Source of the DNA: Bacteroidales bacterium
GTDB taxonomy: Bacteria > Bacteroidota > Bacteroidia > Bacteroidales > CAIWKO01
Assembly (NCBI GenBank): GCA_035389045.1
Contig: DAOORA010000039.1
Coordinates: forward strand, 1-39,180
DNA length: 39,180 nt
Reading direction: 5' to 3'
In this document: piece by piece, positions 16,450 through 27,600 of the stretch
Numbering within the stretch: position 1 is the stretch's first letter
Layout of the letters: each line of letters starts with the position of its first letter
Made by a program: the position numbers and the translations under genes
Notes under the pieces: generated by a model
Seen by the model: only the letters and a program-made list of their open reading frames with translations
Told to the model about the DNA's origin: nothing
Database searches by the model: none

Positions 16450-18152
16450 TAATTAATTTTATTATTCATGATTTTCCATTGCCAATGAAAAGTACTTCTT
16501 CGAATGAGATTATTCCAATGCGAATAATCCATGACATTCTCTGTTTTCAACGCTTCGAAAGTATATTTGCCATTTTCAGAAGTTTCTTCGGCAACAAAAG
16601 TATGAGGCAGTCCCAGCGAATGTAATAACTCATGCGAAGCAGTAGAATTATTATGCCCATTAAATACAATACAAGAATCTGTCCCGGGAACGGAAAAACC
16701 TAAAGTACCCCCTTCGCATACTTCATCCAGTGCATATACCTTAAAATAGCTTGCATATTTACTGTCTAATTCATTTTTTACTCTGTTATTCAAATAGGTT
16801 AATAAATTACCATTGAATTTTATTTCATGCGTCGCCGAATTAATATATACAGGGTCAAGTGAACCGATATTAAAAGTTACTTCAGTATCTTCTTTAAGGG
16901 AAACATAGGCTTGATTTAAAATGTTTTTGATAGTATCAATTCCGCCATTAAATATTCCGACTTTTTCGCCATTTCCAATATCTACCCTGATTTTTATAAG
17001 AACAGCATCCATAATTCGCCGATGTGCATCATCATTGGCTAATACAAGGAGTTTTCCGCAAATCATCCCATCCAATTCAATTTCAATAATTTGATTTTGT
17101 TCAAAGGTATTTTTACATTCCAAAGTAAATGAGAAGTCTTTTGGATCGCCTTCATTAATTTTGGATACATTTATATCAGTTGCTGTAATATTAAAAAATG
17201 CATGGTCATATTTCCATACAAGATTTGCAGGGTCGATGACACCTTTTTTTTTACTGATAATTTTTCTGTACACCCTTAACGATAGTTTTATTGTTTTTCC
17301 TTTTAATACCGTTAATGTTGGCGTGTGTTCCATAAGTTCCGTATCCCCATGATTTGTATCCCAGTATTTAGAATATGTATCATTAAAAAAGGTACTTTTT
17401 AATTTTTTATACATTTCATTTTTTGCCGGATCCGGTTTAGCAGAATCTTTTTCAAATACATCGGACCAGCTATTGATATTAATGCAATATTTATGAGAAG
17501 CAGCGGGACAGGTCATTCCATATGTGTTTACTGAGGCACAGTTGGCTCTTTTAGTTGCGCAGGCGTTGCTTAAATACTTTCCAAGCAACTCTTTTGTATC
17601 ATAATCATTTCCTTTTTCATTATTATCTTTGGTTTTGATTTTTTCATCCTTAAACCGCACCCAGTCAAATCCATATTCACCTTCCCATACATCATGAGGG
17701 CGGAAAATACCATAACATTTTGGATAATGTTTTATTTCTGTACTACCTCCTCCTGATGCACCTGTCTGGCATTTGCTTGCAGGATGTCCGTCGGTAATGA
17801 ACGAGATACTGCCTGCCCACATACATTGCAACTTGCAGTCATCCATCAGGGCAGGCTGTCCTTTTACGAGTACATCTTTGCTGCCGGGAACCCAGGGCAT
17901 AGTCGTAACAGGAACACAGGGCTGAGGAGTTAATACCCCCATGGCAGCACTTGTTGCGACGGCTACTTGTGGATTAGACAAAGAATTGCACATCCCGAAC
18001 GGAGCAATATTTATCGTTGGCTTGTTATCCATGATATTTGCCAGGGGGTTATTGCATAAATCAGTCAATTTGTCCGGCAAAACAGTCATTGCTGAAGGAT
18101 TAGCTCCAAAAGTACATTTCATTTGTGCTGTGCTGCATACATAATTGGGCAT
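16449..18152 (-). CDS. DUF4280 (PAAR-like) spike tip fused to a zinc metallopeptidase effector
   Basis: YVCSTAQMKCTFG..NIAPFGMC..PCVP..W..C.W.G.I is a DUF4280 pattern; C-terminal HELLHSLGLPH (HExxHxxGxxH) plus NVMDY Met-turn; directly after vgrG. Confidence 0.85.
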   Translation of the reverse strand: MPNYVCSTAQMKCTFGANPSAMTVLPDKLTDLCNNPLANIMDNKPTINIAPFGMCNSLSNPQVAVATSAAMGVLTPQPCVPVTTMPWVPGSKDVLVKGQPALMDDCKLQCMWAGSISFITDGHPASKCQTGASGGGSTEIKHYPKCYGIFRPHDVWEGEYGFDWVRFKDEKIKTKDNNEKGNDYDTKELLGKYLSNACATKRANCASVNTYGMTCPAASHKYCININSWSDVFEKDSAKPDPAKNEMYKKLKSTFFNDTYSKYWDTNHGDTELMEHTPTLTVLKGKTIKLSLRVYRKIISKKKGVIDPANLVWKYDHAFFNITATDINVSKINEGDPKDFSFTLECKNTFEQNQIIEIELDGMICGKLLVLANDDAHRRIMDAVLIKIRVDIGNGEKVGIFNGGIDTIKNILNQAYVSLKEDTEVTFNIGSLDPVYINSATHEIKFNGNLLTYLNNRVKNELDSKYASYFKVYALDEVCEGGTLGFSVPGTDSCIVFNGHNNSTASHELLHSLGLPHTFVAEETSENGKYTFEALKTENVMDYSHWNNLIRRSTFHWQWKIMNNKIN

Positions 18153-18156
18153 GACC

Positions 18157-20133
18157 TTAAGGATTTATTTTAACAATAGATCCTTTAATATCCATGGTAG
18201 CTGCTGCTTCTAACTTCATAGTAGAATCTGATTTCAGTTCAAACGCCTGTGATGAAATCTTATGCTTTTGAGTAGCCCTTCCTTCAATATTATTAGATTC
18301 TAACTGGTATGTTTCGCCTATACTATCATATTTATTATTCCCAATTTCTTCTTTTTGATCTTTATTTACCGTTAGATTATGATTTTCACCGATCTTGGTG
18401 TCCATATTTTTACCAATATCTTCATTCATATTCTCACCGGCATTAACAGCAATGTCTTTACCGGCTTTTATGGTGATATTATTGGTGGCATTCAGAATTA
18501 TATCTTTTTCAGATACCAATTCAATGTTGCCCTTTGATTCTAGTTTAATTAATTTATTGTCGGTAGAGAAAGTGAGTTTGTAATTATCTTTTCCATTATC
18601 ATAAATAGAAATAAAGCCCCCGGGGTCTACATCGTGAATTTCGATGGTGTGCCCGTTGCGTGTACGTATGGCTTTAATATTGTTCTTATCGTTGTACCAT
18701 TTGCTTTCGGGCTTTTGCTTTCCGTGGTATAAGGTTCCCGCCACATAGGGTTTTTCAGCGTTGCCGTTTTCAAAACCCACCAGGACTTCATCGTCAACTT
18801 CCGGAAGGAAATAAAAACCTTTTTCTTTTCCGCCATGCGGCTGCGCTATGCGGAGCCATGGAGACAACAAATTATTGGCCTGTAATTCCTGCCAAATGAA
18901 TTGAACCCGGATTCTGCCGAGTTTTTCAGGGTCTTTATTGTCTTTAACTATGGCACGCTGGGATTCAGCATAAGGATAGGCATCACTGTCCGAATAGGGC
19001 GGGTAAGTTGCCTTCGCAGGAACAGCCGTTAACTCATTTTCATATTTTCCATTAGTGTTAAGGCTGTGTGTGATTTTACAAATGATCAGTTCATCATGAT
19101 CTAATTCTCCCGCATTGATATTTTTATCTTTATCATAACGATCGTGGATTTTTATTTTGCTTCCTATTTGCAGGTCTGCACGATTGGTAGTTGCATAGCA
19201 GAGGATCATGTTGCTTTTGCTTCCTAATCCCTGGCTTTTGAGTGATTCGTCCAATTGATCTGTTGAATTGCCTTCCTGTATACCGGAATGCAGATTTTGA
19301 ACCGTTAATTTCTTGTAGGCAGTGTCTGAATGATTATAAGAATAATCGGTTAAGGGGTGTAAATTTGCGTTAGTAAGTCCTTTGGCATTTTTGGAATTGT
19401 TTTTATATTCCAAATAGTTGTGGCAGTAATGAGTGAAGTTGATATGGTTCAGATTTAACTCATATTTGTAATTTATTATATCAATGCCGGGATTTAGTGT
19501 TATGGATTTTTTTTCGATGATCTTTCCGAATGTCATTTTGCCGTCTTCAAAATAAAAAAATTCACCATATCGTTTTGCCAGGCGCATTAAAAATCCGTAA
19601 GTGGTTTCATTGTATTGAACCACATAGGGGATCGCTTTATCCATTTTGGGGTCAATAACGGAGTCTATGATTTTAGTAGGATCCTTTGTATAATCCTTTA
19701 TGGATTCCGTAATAATATCTTTTAATTTTTTTTCTTCAAAAGAGTAACAATGAGGATTATCGTTCAAAAGATGATCCGGGCTGAACGCTGTTATATCAAA
19801 AACAACATCTTTATCAGAAGTACTACGCGCGGAATTTATGTTAAAGATGATCCCTATAAAGGAAAGAGTTTGGGAGAGATCACCCCCTTTTCTGTCTTTA
19901 ACATTGGTTTCGATTTTTAATTCAACTTTGGCGCCTAAAAGATCATCTGCAATTTTGAATTTTACATCATCCTGACACCTTGAAACTATCTTTTTCCTTA
20001 TTGAAATCTCTAATTTATTGGGTTTTAACAACTCTTTTGACAATGTGGCTGCTTTAATGGAGTAATCAGAATTTTTATCTGTATATGATTTGCCGCCGAT
20101 CTTAATTTCAAAAGTTTTTATGGGTACAGGCAT
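18157..20133 (-). CDS. vgrG: T6SS spike protein VgrG (TssI)
   Basis: VQYNETTYGFLMRLAKRYGEFFYF, DNKDPEKLGRIRVQF, FYFLPEVDDEVLVGFENGN, TRNGH and a beta-helix C-terminus. Confidence 0.95.
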   Translation of the reverse strand: MPVPIKTFEIKIGGKSYTDKNSDYSIKAATLSKELLKPNKLEISIRKKIVSRCQDDVKFKIADDLLGAKVELKIETNVKDRKGGDLSQTLSFIGIIFNINSARSTSDKDVVFDITAFSPDHLLNDNPHCYSFEEKKLKDIITESIKDYTKDPTKIIDSVIDPKMDKAIPYVVQYNETTYGFLMRLAKRYGEFFYFEDGKMTFGKIIEKKSITLNPGIDIINYKYELNLNHINFTHYCHNYLEYKNNSKNAKGLTNANLHPLTDYSYNHSDTAYKKLTVQNLHSGIQEGNSTDQLDESLKSQGLGSKSNMILCYATTNRADLQIGSKIKIHDRYDKDKNINAGELDHDELIICKITHSLNTNGKYENELTAVPAKATYPPYSDSDAYPYAESQRAIVKDNKDPEKLGRIRVQFIWQELQANNLLSPWLRIAQPHGGKEKGFYFLPEVDDEVLVGFENGNAEKPYVAGTLYHGKQKPESKWYNDKNNIKAIRTRNGHTIEIHDVDPGGFISIYDNGKDNYKLTFSTDNKLIKLESKGNIELVSEKDIILNATNNITIKAGKDIAVNAGENMNEDIGKNMDTKIGENHNLTVNKDQKEEIGNNKYDSIGETYQLESNNIEGRATQKHKISSQAFELKSDSTMKLEAAATMDIKGSIVKINP

Positions 20134-20226
20134 AATTAATATTGTTTAATAAATAAAAACATCACTACATATATTATCATTTATAAGCAAAATCATATAA
20201 CAGGTTTAACTAATCCGGGCAGGCCA

Positions 20227-20643
20227 TCAAACGATCAGATCATCGATCACACAATTATCATCAGGTCCAAAAACAACGGTTCCGGGAACAATACTGATTT
20301 TCATGTACATCATTGAAGTTTTTGCCTCGATGTTGCCAAAGTTGAAACACTCGATGAGTTTAACGCAATATGCATCTTTAAAAGAGACAGTTTTCTTTTT
20401 TTCCACATTGTTTGCATTAACTATCAGGGTAAGTTTGCCATCTTTGGTTGTGTTTATGTCTCTCATCCATTCATGCAGTGTAAAATCCGTATCGTCGGGC
20501 ACATCCAGGCTGATATTTATTTTTCCCCCTCCTGTTTTGCCTGAAGGTCTTCCTGTTTCATCACATTCCTGATTGAACTCATAATCGCACCTTAGAATTT
20601 TGTATGATTTGTTACCAATTTCCAATGTTCCGGTTAAGGCCAT
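20227..20643 (-). CDS. tssD: T6SS tube protein TssD/Hcp paralog 2
   Basis: CDYEFNQECDETGRPSG..GGKI...EWM...KDG...FKDAYCV. Confidence 0.85.
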   Translation of the reverse strand: MALTGTLEIGNKSYKILRCDYEFNQECDETGRPSGKTGGGKINISLDVPDDTDFTLHEWMRDINTTKDGKLTLIVNANNVEKKKTVSFKDAYCVKLIECFNFGNIEAKTSMMYMKISIVPGTVVFGPDDNCVIDDLIV

Positions 20644-20670
20644 AATAATTGTTTTTTAAAATTAAAAAAG

Positions 20671-20707
20671 AAAAAGGCTGATTAACTGATAGCTAATCAG
20701 CCTTTTT
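20671..20707 (-). terminator. Intrinsic terminator/attenuator between the two hcp genes
   Basis: Minus strand AAAAAGGCTGATTAGCT-ATC-AGTTAATCAGCCTTTTT hairpin followed by a T-rich tract. Confidence 0.8.
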
Positions 20708-20716
20708 TTAAAAAGG

Positions 20717-21109
20717 CTACGCCCATTTACTTTCATAGGTCACAGGTCCGTTTGTTATTGACCTGCAAGAAATAACTACCTCTTCAGAATGACCTGTTCC
20801 TTCTTCCCATATTTCGGTAAAATCAATGCAATACGCATCTTTAAACTCGATTGTTTTCATTTTGCCACCTTTCACCGTTTCGAGGAACTCGATCGAACCA
20901 TCTTTATTGAGATTCGGGCTCACCATCCATTTCAGCATATCAGGGCATCCGTCGTTCATTGCTTTAACGCGGATAGTAATAAGTCCGCCTCTCGGAATAC
21001 CTGACATTTGTCCTTCGACGTCTGTAGCCTGGTTAAATGAGTATTTAACCATCATTACTTCGCGGTCTTTAAAGTCTTTAACTTTTAATGTTACTGGAGT
21101 TTGTGCCAT
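20717..21109 (-). CDS. tssD: T6SS tube protein TssD/Hcp (major)
   Basis: REVMMVKYSFNQATDVEGQMSGIPRGGLITIRVKA...FKDAYCIDFTE; follows tssC. Confidence 0.92.
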   Translation of the reverse strand: MAQTPVTLKVKDFKDREVMMVKYSFNQATDVEGQMSGIPRGGLITIRVKAMNDGCPDMLKWMVSPNLNKDGSIEFLETVKGGKMKTIEFKDAYCIDFTEIWEEGTGHSEEVVISCRSITNGPVTYESKWA

Positions 21110-21152
21110 GATTTTTAAGTTTTAAGTTTATAATTAATTGCCTGGTTTATTA

Positions 21153-22523
21153 TTATCCAACATCTTCTGTTTCACAATTTTTTTCTTTTTTATCAGCAGC
21201 CAGTTTGATAATGAAATTCTTGGCGGCAAAATAGGGTACTATATTTATGTCAACGGTTATTTGCTTTGTTTTGGGGTCTTGTCTTGGCTCCTTGATATCG
21301 TATTTCTGGAATAATTTACCATAACCCTGGTAATCGTTCAGAAAATCCTGGATCTTTGCCTTCAGCCTGTCGGGAGAATTGTAAGGATCCCAGTTTTCCA
21401 GTGCTACCTCGTGCACATAATTCATCAGCACTTTTTTTATCCAGTCGAACACCCTTACGATCGGATATTCTTTCATGGCTGTGTTATCACCGTTGTACAG
21501 GTTGGTATTGTTGAATGCCATCACCCGGCCTTCAGAAAACACCATAGGCACCACCTGGTTATCCATCAGCGAAGCGATCTCGGATTTTAACAGATCCAGT
21601 TTTACTCCTTTGATTTCATTTAAAGTCCCGAATTTTTTTCCAGCAACACCCTGCGCCATATTTGCGGTTTCGTCGTACAGTTTACCAGCCAGCGCAGCCG
21701 AAGGAGGGATATAAAATGCATCTTCATCTTTTTCCGCCAGGGACAATTTTTCGGATTCGCGCCCGACTACCCAGTTTGCTGTCATGACCACATTTTGCAG
21801 ATCCCTGTCGCTATCCTTGTAAATCAGGGTGTTGTCCCTCAGGTCTTCAAACGAATATTCCAGCGCATGGTCTGTAATGATGATCACTTTATATTTGAAG
21901 GCGATTTTTGCCCATTTCAGAAGTGTTGGCTTATCCGTAAAAACGTTTCCCGGCATTACTAAAAGGCTGTAGCTGTCTTTCAGGCTTAAGCGGTCAAAAG
22001 CATTTTTCAGCAGTTCTTCTATCTTAGCCGCAAAATCTGAGTTTTGATCAAAAAACTCCTCTTTGTTCACATTGACAATTTTAAGATTCTCGACTTTGTC
22101 GGTAGCCGCATTTTTATAAAAGGTGTCCAGGCTTTTGTAAGCTACTTCAAGACCATGGCTGGCTTCTAATGCTGCAGTAATTCCCTGTATAAGTAATTGC
22201 TGATATTTGTTTTCTTTTTGTTTGCAAATTTCAGCAAACTCAGACGGACTGTTTTTATCTTCTTTCAGTAATTCAAGCCATCCGCTCAGTTCATTTTTAA
22301 GACGGTCTCTTTTTTCTTTAAAACGTTGCTCTGTAAGGAAAATATTTTTTGCAGCTTTTTTTGCAGGATCCATATCTGCTGCTTCTGTTATAAATCCCTT
22401 GACAGCAATAAATCCCCCGTATTTGGTAAGAAGTTGGGAAATATCCTTACTTGCAACCGCTTCGGGTTTGGTCTCAAATTGCTGAGATTGTTTTTGCTCT
22501 TCTTGTGGTTTTGTATCTGCCAT
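21153..22523 (-). CDS. tssC: T6SS(iii) sheath large subunit TssC (DUF5458)
   Basis: KYGGF, DRLSLKDSYSLLVMPG, ANWVVGR, PPSAALAGKLY, AGKKFG and VRVFDWIKKVL motifs. Confidence 0.95.
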   Translation of the reverse strand: MADTKPQEEQKQSQQFETKPEAVASKDISQLLTKYGGFIAVKGFITEAADMDPAKKAAKNIFLTEQRFKEKRDRLKNELSGWLELLKEDKNSPSEFAEICKQKENKYQQLLIQGITAALEASHGLEVAYKSLDTFYKNAATDKVENLKIVNVNKEEFFDQNSDFAAKIEELLKNAFDRLSLKDSYSLLVMPGNVFTDKPTLLKWAKIAFKYKVIIITDHALEYSFEDLRDNTLIYKDSDRDLQNVVMTANWVVGRESEKLSLAEKDEDAFYIPPSAALAGKLYDETANMAQGVAGKKFGTLNEIKGVKLDLLKSEIASLMDNQVVPMVFSEGRVMAFNNTNLYNGDNTAMKEYPIVRVFDWIKKVLMNYVHEVALENWDPYNSPDRLKAKIQDFLNDYQGYGKLFQKYDIKEPRQDPKTKQITVDINIVPYFAAKNFIIKLAADKKEKNCETEDVG

Positions 22524-22550
22524 TTTAATAATTTTAATAATTTAATAATT

Positions 22551-23006
22551 TTAATAATTTTTTAATTCTTCCAATAATGCTTCCAATACGGCCTTCAGTT
22601 CTTCTTTTGCCTGCTTGTCTTTCATAATATCGCGCAGTTTCTTGTTCTGCTCGATTTGTTTTCTGAGTTTAGCATTTATATCAACCTTAGCTTTAATATT
22701 GGATAAAAAAGTGCTGTTGACCACAAGATTTCCTTTGCCACCATTGGCTTCAAAGTCACTCATTTCTTTAAAATGCAGCACCTCATTTACAGACCCTCCG
22801 TCTTCATCCAAAAATTCAGCTTCTGCTTTTGGTTTGAAATGATCCAAAACATCTTTGATTGTTTTCGCTTTTTCCAGAAGTTCAGGATCTCCCATTGCTA
22901 CATCATTTGTATATTGATCAATAATCAATGTTTTATTATTGTCAATCGGATTAACCTTGGCATTTGATTCTTCATCTTCAGCCCTTGAAATAAAATTTTC
23001 TCTCAT
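22551..23006 (-). CDS. tssB: T6SS(iii) sheath small subunit TssB
   Basis: NKTLIIDQYT..PELL..KTIKDVLDHFKP..EFLDEDG..NEVLHF..MSDF; immediately upstream of tssC. Confidence 0.9.
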   Translation of the reverse strand: MRENFISRAEDEESNAKVNPIDNNKTLIIDQYTNDVAMGDPELLEKAKTIKDVLDHFKPKAEAEFLDEDGGSVNEVLHFKEMSDFEANGGKGNLVVNSTFLSNIKAKVDINAKLRKQIEQNKKLRDIMKDKQAKEELKAVLEALLEELKNY

Positions 23007-23047
23007 ACTATTTTTGTTAAATTAATATTAATTAGTTTAATAGAATG

Positions 23048-23079
23048 CAAATATATTAAAAAAAAAATTAAAAAGCAAA
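23048..23079 (-). promoter_or_regulatory. Bacteroidota sigmaA-type promoter for the T6SS operon
   Basis: Minus strand TTTG (23079-23076), 20-nt spacer, TATATTTG (23055-23048): matches the -33 TTTG / -7 TAnnTTTG consensus ~40 nt upstream of tssB. Confidence 0.75.
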
Positions 23080-23442
23080 AAGATTTAAACATTTTCTTAA
23101 TACTATATTATTTGATCTCTGAATATTGCTGTGCTTAAATACAAGTCACGCACAGCATTCCGGCTTGTCAGCGATTTTATTGGGGTTATAATATAATTCT
23201 ATCTCTGTTTTAATGTGAAATACAGTTTGTTTTTATACAATCCAATTAGATGAGGACTTATTCCTTGAGCTAATGGCTTTTATGGATGAAGCCGATGTTT
23301 TTGTGAGGTAATCATGAAATAATCCGTCACACAGCCATTTTTAGATAACAGGACTAATTCCGGGTTTTCAAGCAACTTTTATGTTAATAAGCGGAGTTAT
23401 GGCTTTATTTTATACTTTTACCTGAGGTTAAAAAAACAGCAC

Positions 23443-24456
23443 ATGAAAAAAAGACTTTTTTTTATAGTTACTCTTTTATTGGCTTTTGCAGGTTATTGCC
23501 AGACCGCAGAAGATTATTTAAGCAAAGGGGATGAAAAACTTCAGCTTCAGGACTATGATGGCGCAATTGCCGATTATACCAAAGCCGTTAAAATCAAGCA
23601 GGACTATGCAGATGCTTATTTTCACAGAGGAATAGCAAAGAACAATCTGCATAATTACAAAGGAGCAATAGCAGACTATACCAAAGCTATTGAGATCAAC
23701 CCAAAGAATCCGCTGCCCTATTTTAACAGGGGATGTGCCAGGTATGACCAGCAGGACTATAATAATGCATCTGCAGATTTTACCATCGTTGTAGAGAATG
23801 ATCCGGAATTTGCACGGGGATATGTGAGCAGAGCATTAGCAAAAGCAGCGCTGAACGATTTCAGCGGGGCGGTGGCTGATTATTCCCTGGCCATCGCAAT
23901 CAATCCTGAATATGGAGAGGCCTATTATCACAGGGGTATTGCAAAAAATGAACTTACGGATTACAAAGGGGCGATTGACGATTTTACAAAAACGATAAAA
24001 ATCAGGCCCAGAGATGTGAACGCATGGGTGCAGAGAGGGGTGGCGAATAGTGCTCTGAAGGATTTCAACAGTGCGCTTGCCGATTATAACAAGGCGGTGA
24101 CTATCGATTCGATGTCTGCGGAGGCATATTATTACAGGGGAGTTTTAAAGTGTGATCTTGAGGATTTTTCCGGGGCTGTAGCCGACTTTTCGAAAGCAAT
24201 AGCCATTGATCCGGAATCTGAAAAATATTATTTGAACAGAGGGCTTGCGTACGGAAAACTACTTTTTCAGGATAAGGCCATCACCGATTTTTCCAAAGTA
24301 ATAGAATTAAAGCCTGATGATTCAGAGGCTTATTATAACAGAGGATTGGCAAAAATAGCCGCCGGCCTGAAAGACAGCGGATGCAGAGATTTGAACAAGG
24401 CGAACAAATCAGGCAATACCAAAGCATTTGAAGCCATGAAGAATTGGTGTGAATAG
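23443..24456 (+). CDS. Exported tetratricopeptide repeat protein
   Basis: Signal peptide; about 9 repeats of AY..RG.AK..L.DY.GAI.D.TKAI.I.P. Confidence 0.9.
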   Translation: MKKRLFFIVTLLLAFAGYCQTAEDYLSKGDEKLQLQDYDGAIADYTKAVKIKQDYADAYFHRGIAKNNLHNYKGAIADYTKAIEINPKNPLPYFNRGCARYDQQDYNNASADFTIVVENDPEFARGYVSRALAKAALNDFSGAVADYSLAIAINPEYGEAYYHRGIAKNELTDYKGAIDDFTKTIKIRPRDVNAWVQRGVANSALKDFNSALADYNKAVTIDSMSAEAYYYRGVLKCDLEDFSGAVADFSKAIAIDPESEKYYLNRGLAYGKLLFQDKAITDFSKVIELKPDDSEAYYNRGLAKIAAGLKDSGCRDLNKANKSGNTKAFEAMKNWCE

Positions 24457-24603
24457 CATGTGTTTGGAATTTATTTTTCTAACATGCTCGGAATTCTTAA
24501 ATACTTAAAAATGCAGGTTTTATTTTTTGTCTGGCGCTGACATATTGCCATTGTTACTGGCACATTCAGAAATTCACATTCACCGGTATTAGAGTTTACC
24601 GGA

Positions 24604-27600
24604 TCAGTGAACCAGATTTAATACCATACATTTTGATATGTTTACTCCGACAAATTCTAGTTTGAACGTATACATGCCGCAAGGAAGTTTATGGGGTGTA
24701 TATGTCAGTGAGTATTTTCCGGCGGCCTGCGGTTCATTCACAAGCTCTTTTACCAGTCCTCCGATGGCATTGAACAAACTCAGATTAACGGTTCCGTTTT
24801 CAGGTACTATATAGTTAAGAGTGGTTTCCCATAGGAAGGGATTGGGATATGCCGTGAAATCAAATTTTCCATCGGTTTGGTTTCCCTGAACAAGTATTTT
24901 GGGCATTACTAAGTATGCGTCATTGCTTTCGGTTCCATACTGGTCAGCGATAATACCTGTACCGCTTAAATCAAGTTTAAGTTCACCTGCAACCGGTTCC
25001 TTAAGGGATTGGAACCCCAACCTGATCAGTTCTTCGTTGGCTGAAACATCAAAATGATTGGTCGTGGCATACACCACCCTGATCACTCCATCTTCATCCG
25101 TTACCAGGAGGTCATTATCGTCAGCAAGAATTTCTTCCAGTGAAGCATTGATCTTTACGGTACTGTTTTTATCCCTGTTTTTTGACATTGCTGCGCTGAC
25201 AAGTCTGTATTGGTTACCAGGATAATTCAACTCCAATCCCAACGTTGAAAAATCATTCATTCCGGTGCTGATACGCAATGGGACTTCGAAATATGAAGCA
25301 TCACAGGTCGTAATATACTCTTCTGCAACAGCAATAATATTTTCCTGAACCGATTTTACCTGGCTCCAGTTAGTTGCCGAATCGCGGTATCTGACGCTTG
25401 AGGCATTGTAATCTCCGTAACAGATCGTCTTCAGTGTCAGGTAAATGTCGGCGCCACTAACAGCAACCATTGTGTCGAGGGCTACCCAGTTGCCTTTCGG
25501 GAAGTTTTTTGCGGGTAAGAATGGCGATCCTATTTTCGCCTTGATCCTGGAAATATCTATTGCATTTATGGCCGTGTTATTATCAACATTGGCTGCTTTT
25601 TTATATTTTGCCGAAAAATTCCTTGACGGGTCAACCAGGGTGTCTATGCCAATATAATATTTCAGTATGGTCACATCTATAGCATCGACGGCATTGCCCA
25701 TTTGCATGGTATCGGGTGTGTATTTGTCATACGACAACTTATAATTGCCATCAGCAACATCAGTAAATTCAAATATTCCCAGTGCATTGCTTGTATCCCT
25801 TGCCACTTCTGCTCCTGCCGGATAAGTTTTCAGGATGATAATAACATTATCAATATTGTACTTAACAGGATCATAGGAAGGTGGATTAGGGGCAGGATTA
25901 CCGGTGATGGCTCTGCCTGCATAACGGGTTTTTCCGCTTATCAGGTGTCCGCAGGTTGAACGGACAACGAGGTTTAAAATATACAAACTGTCACATCCGT
26001 GTATCGTCAGCAGACTGTCTGAATAAGTTCCCGTTACGGTATAAATATTTCCACGCCAGGAATATGATGCGCTGTCGCATACCTCGGCATTGGTAACAAA
26101 CTCATAGGCTGGGTGAACTATAAGATTCAGATAAATAATTGAATCACAGCCATGAATATTTTCAAGAACATGAGTATAATCTCCGGCGGTTGTCAGAATT
26201 TGAGAGTTGAACAGGTAAGTTTCTCCGTTGCAGATTTCAGCTGTGTCGTATACGCTGTAGGTTGGATATGTATTGGAAACGGTTATGGTAGCATTGGTAT
26301 AAAATGAGGTTATGATAGTTCCTAGCGGATCGCTGAATTCACAGTTTCCGGGCGTTGCGGCATCAAAGGTCAGCGGAGTGGAGATACCTGCATTGCCTGT
26401 AAACAATAGTTTAACCAGGGTGCTGTTTCCGAGGTTGGCCGGTGTGGTTGATGCCCAGCTGAAAAAAACTGTCGTTCCTGTCCCGTTTACAATAAGCATT
26501 CCCGCCGGTAGTGAAGGATGCAGGCCCTGGTAACCGGCAAAGGACAGTTTTGTCGAGTCATAATTCAGCGCCAGCGACATACTTCCCACGTTGTTGCAGT
26601 TCTGAACATTCACCGGGACGATTATTTCACCATTGCATGAATAATTCATATTCTGAATAGAAGCATATATGGCAGCGGTCGTTACGGTGAGTAAGGCGGA
26701 ATTTGAAACTGCAAACGGCGGACAGGTACCGCTCACGCGGCAACGGTAAAAGAAACCATTCATCACTTCTGTGGCCGGACTAATGGTCAGTGTGGCTCCG
26801 GTGACACCTGAATAGGGTGCTCCGTTCGAAAGATCATGCCATGAAAGGCCGTTGTCGGTACTTTCCTGCCATCGGTAGGTTATTCCTGTTCCGGTAGCAG
26901 TTACGTTGAATGTTGTACTGCCGGCGCCATACGTTGTTTTATTTACGGGATGCGAGGTGATGGCCGGAGGCTGCTGAAAGGTTAGTGTGCCGTTGGTCCA
27001 GGTAGAATATACGATCTGTCCTTCTGCATTGCTGTACTCGCAGTTGCCGGGGGTAACCACATCCCAGGTCATGTTGCTGGTTCCAGGTGAACTGACGAAT
27101 AAAAGCTCTATAAGGGTGCTGCCGTTAGCAATGGTCGTATCTGCAGTATTGGACCAGGAAATAAATATTTTGCCGTTGATTTCGTTGATGGAAAAAATGC
27201 CGGCAGATGATATGTGGCTGTGTACATTCTGATATCCCGTATAAGTCATCACGGACTGGTTATAGCCAAGGCACAACGAAAACGAAGCGACATCGATAAA
27301 CTCATTCACGCTGATAACAACAGTAGCGTTTCCCGGACAGGTTGTGAACGTCTGGCAAATAGTAGTGATGTTGGGAAGCACAGTTAATTTTCCGGCATTT
27401 GAATACACTGCTGGATTGCAGGTTCCGCTAACACGGCAGCGGTAAAGATTGCCGTTCAGGTTAAGCTGGGCATTGGTAACAGTGAGCGTGGCAGTACTGG
27501 TGCCGGAATAGGGCGCAACATTTGAAAGATCATTCCACGTATATCCTCCGTCAATGCTTATCTGCCACCGGTATGAAAGTGATGCGCCTGTTGCAGTGAT

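Noticed and set aside
22522..22560. ATTTTAATA x4 short repeat between tssB and tssC
   Set aside because: Low-complexity AT-rich spacer overlapping a stop and translation-initiation region; no evidence of function
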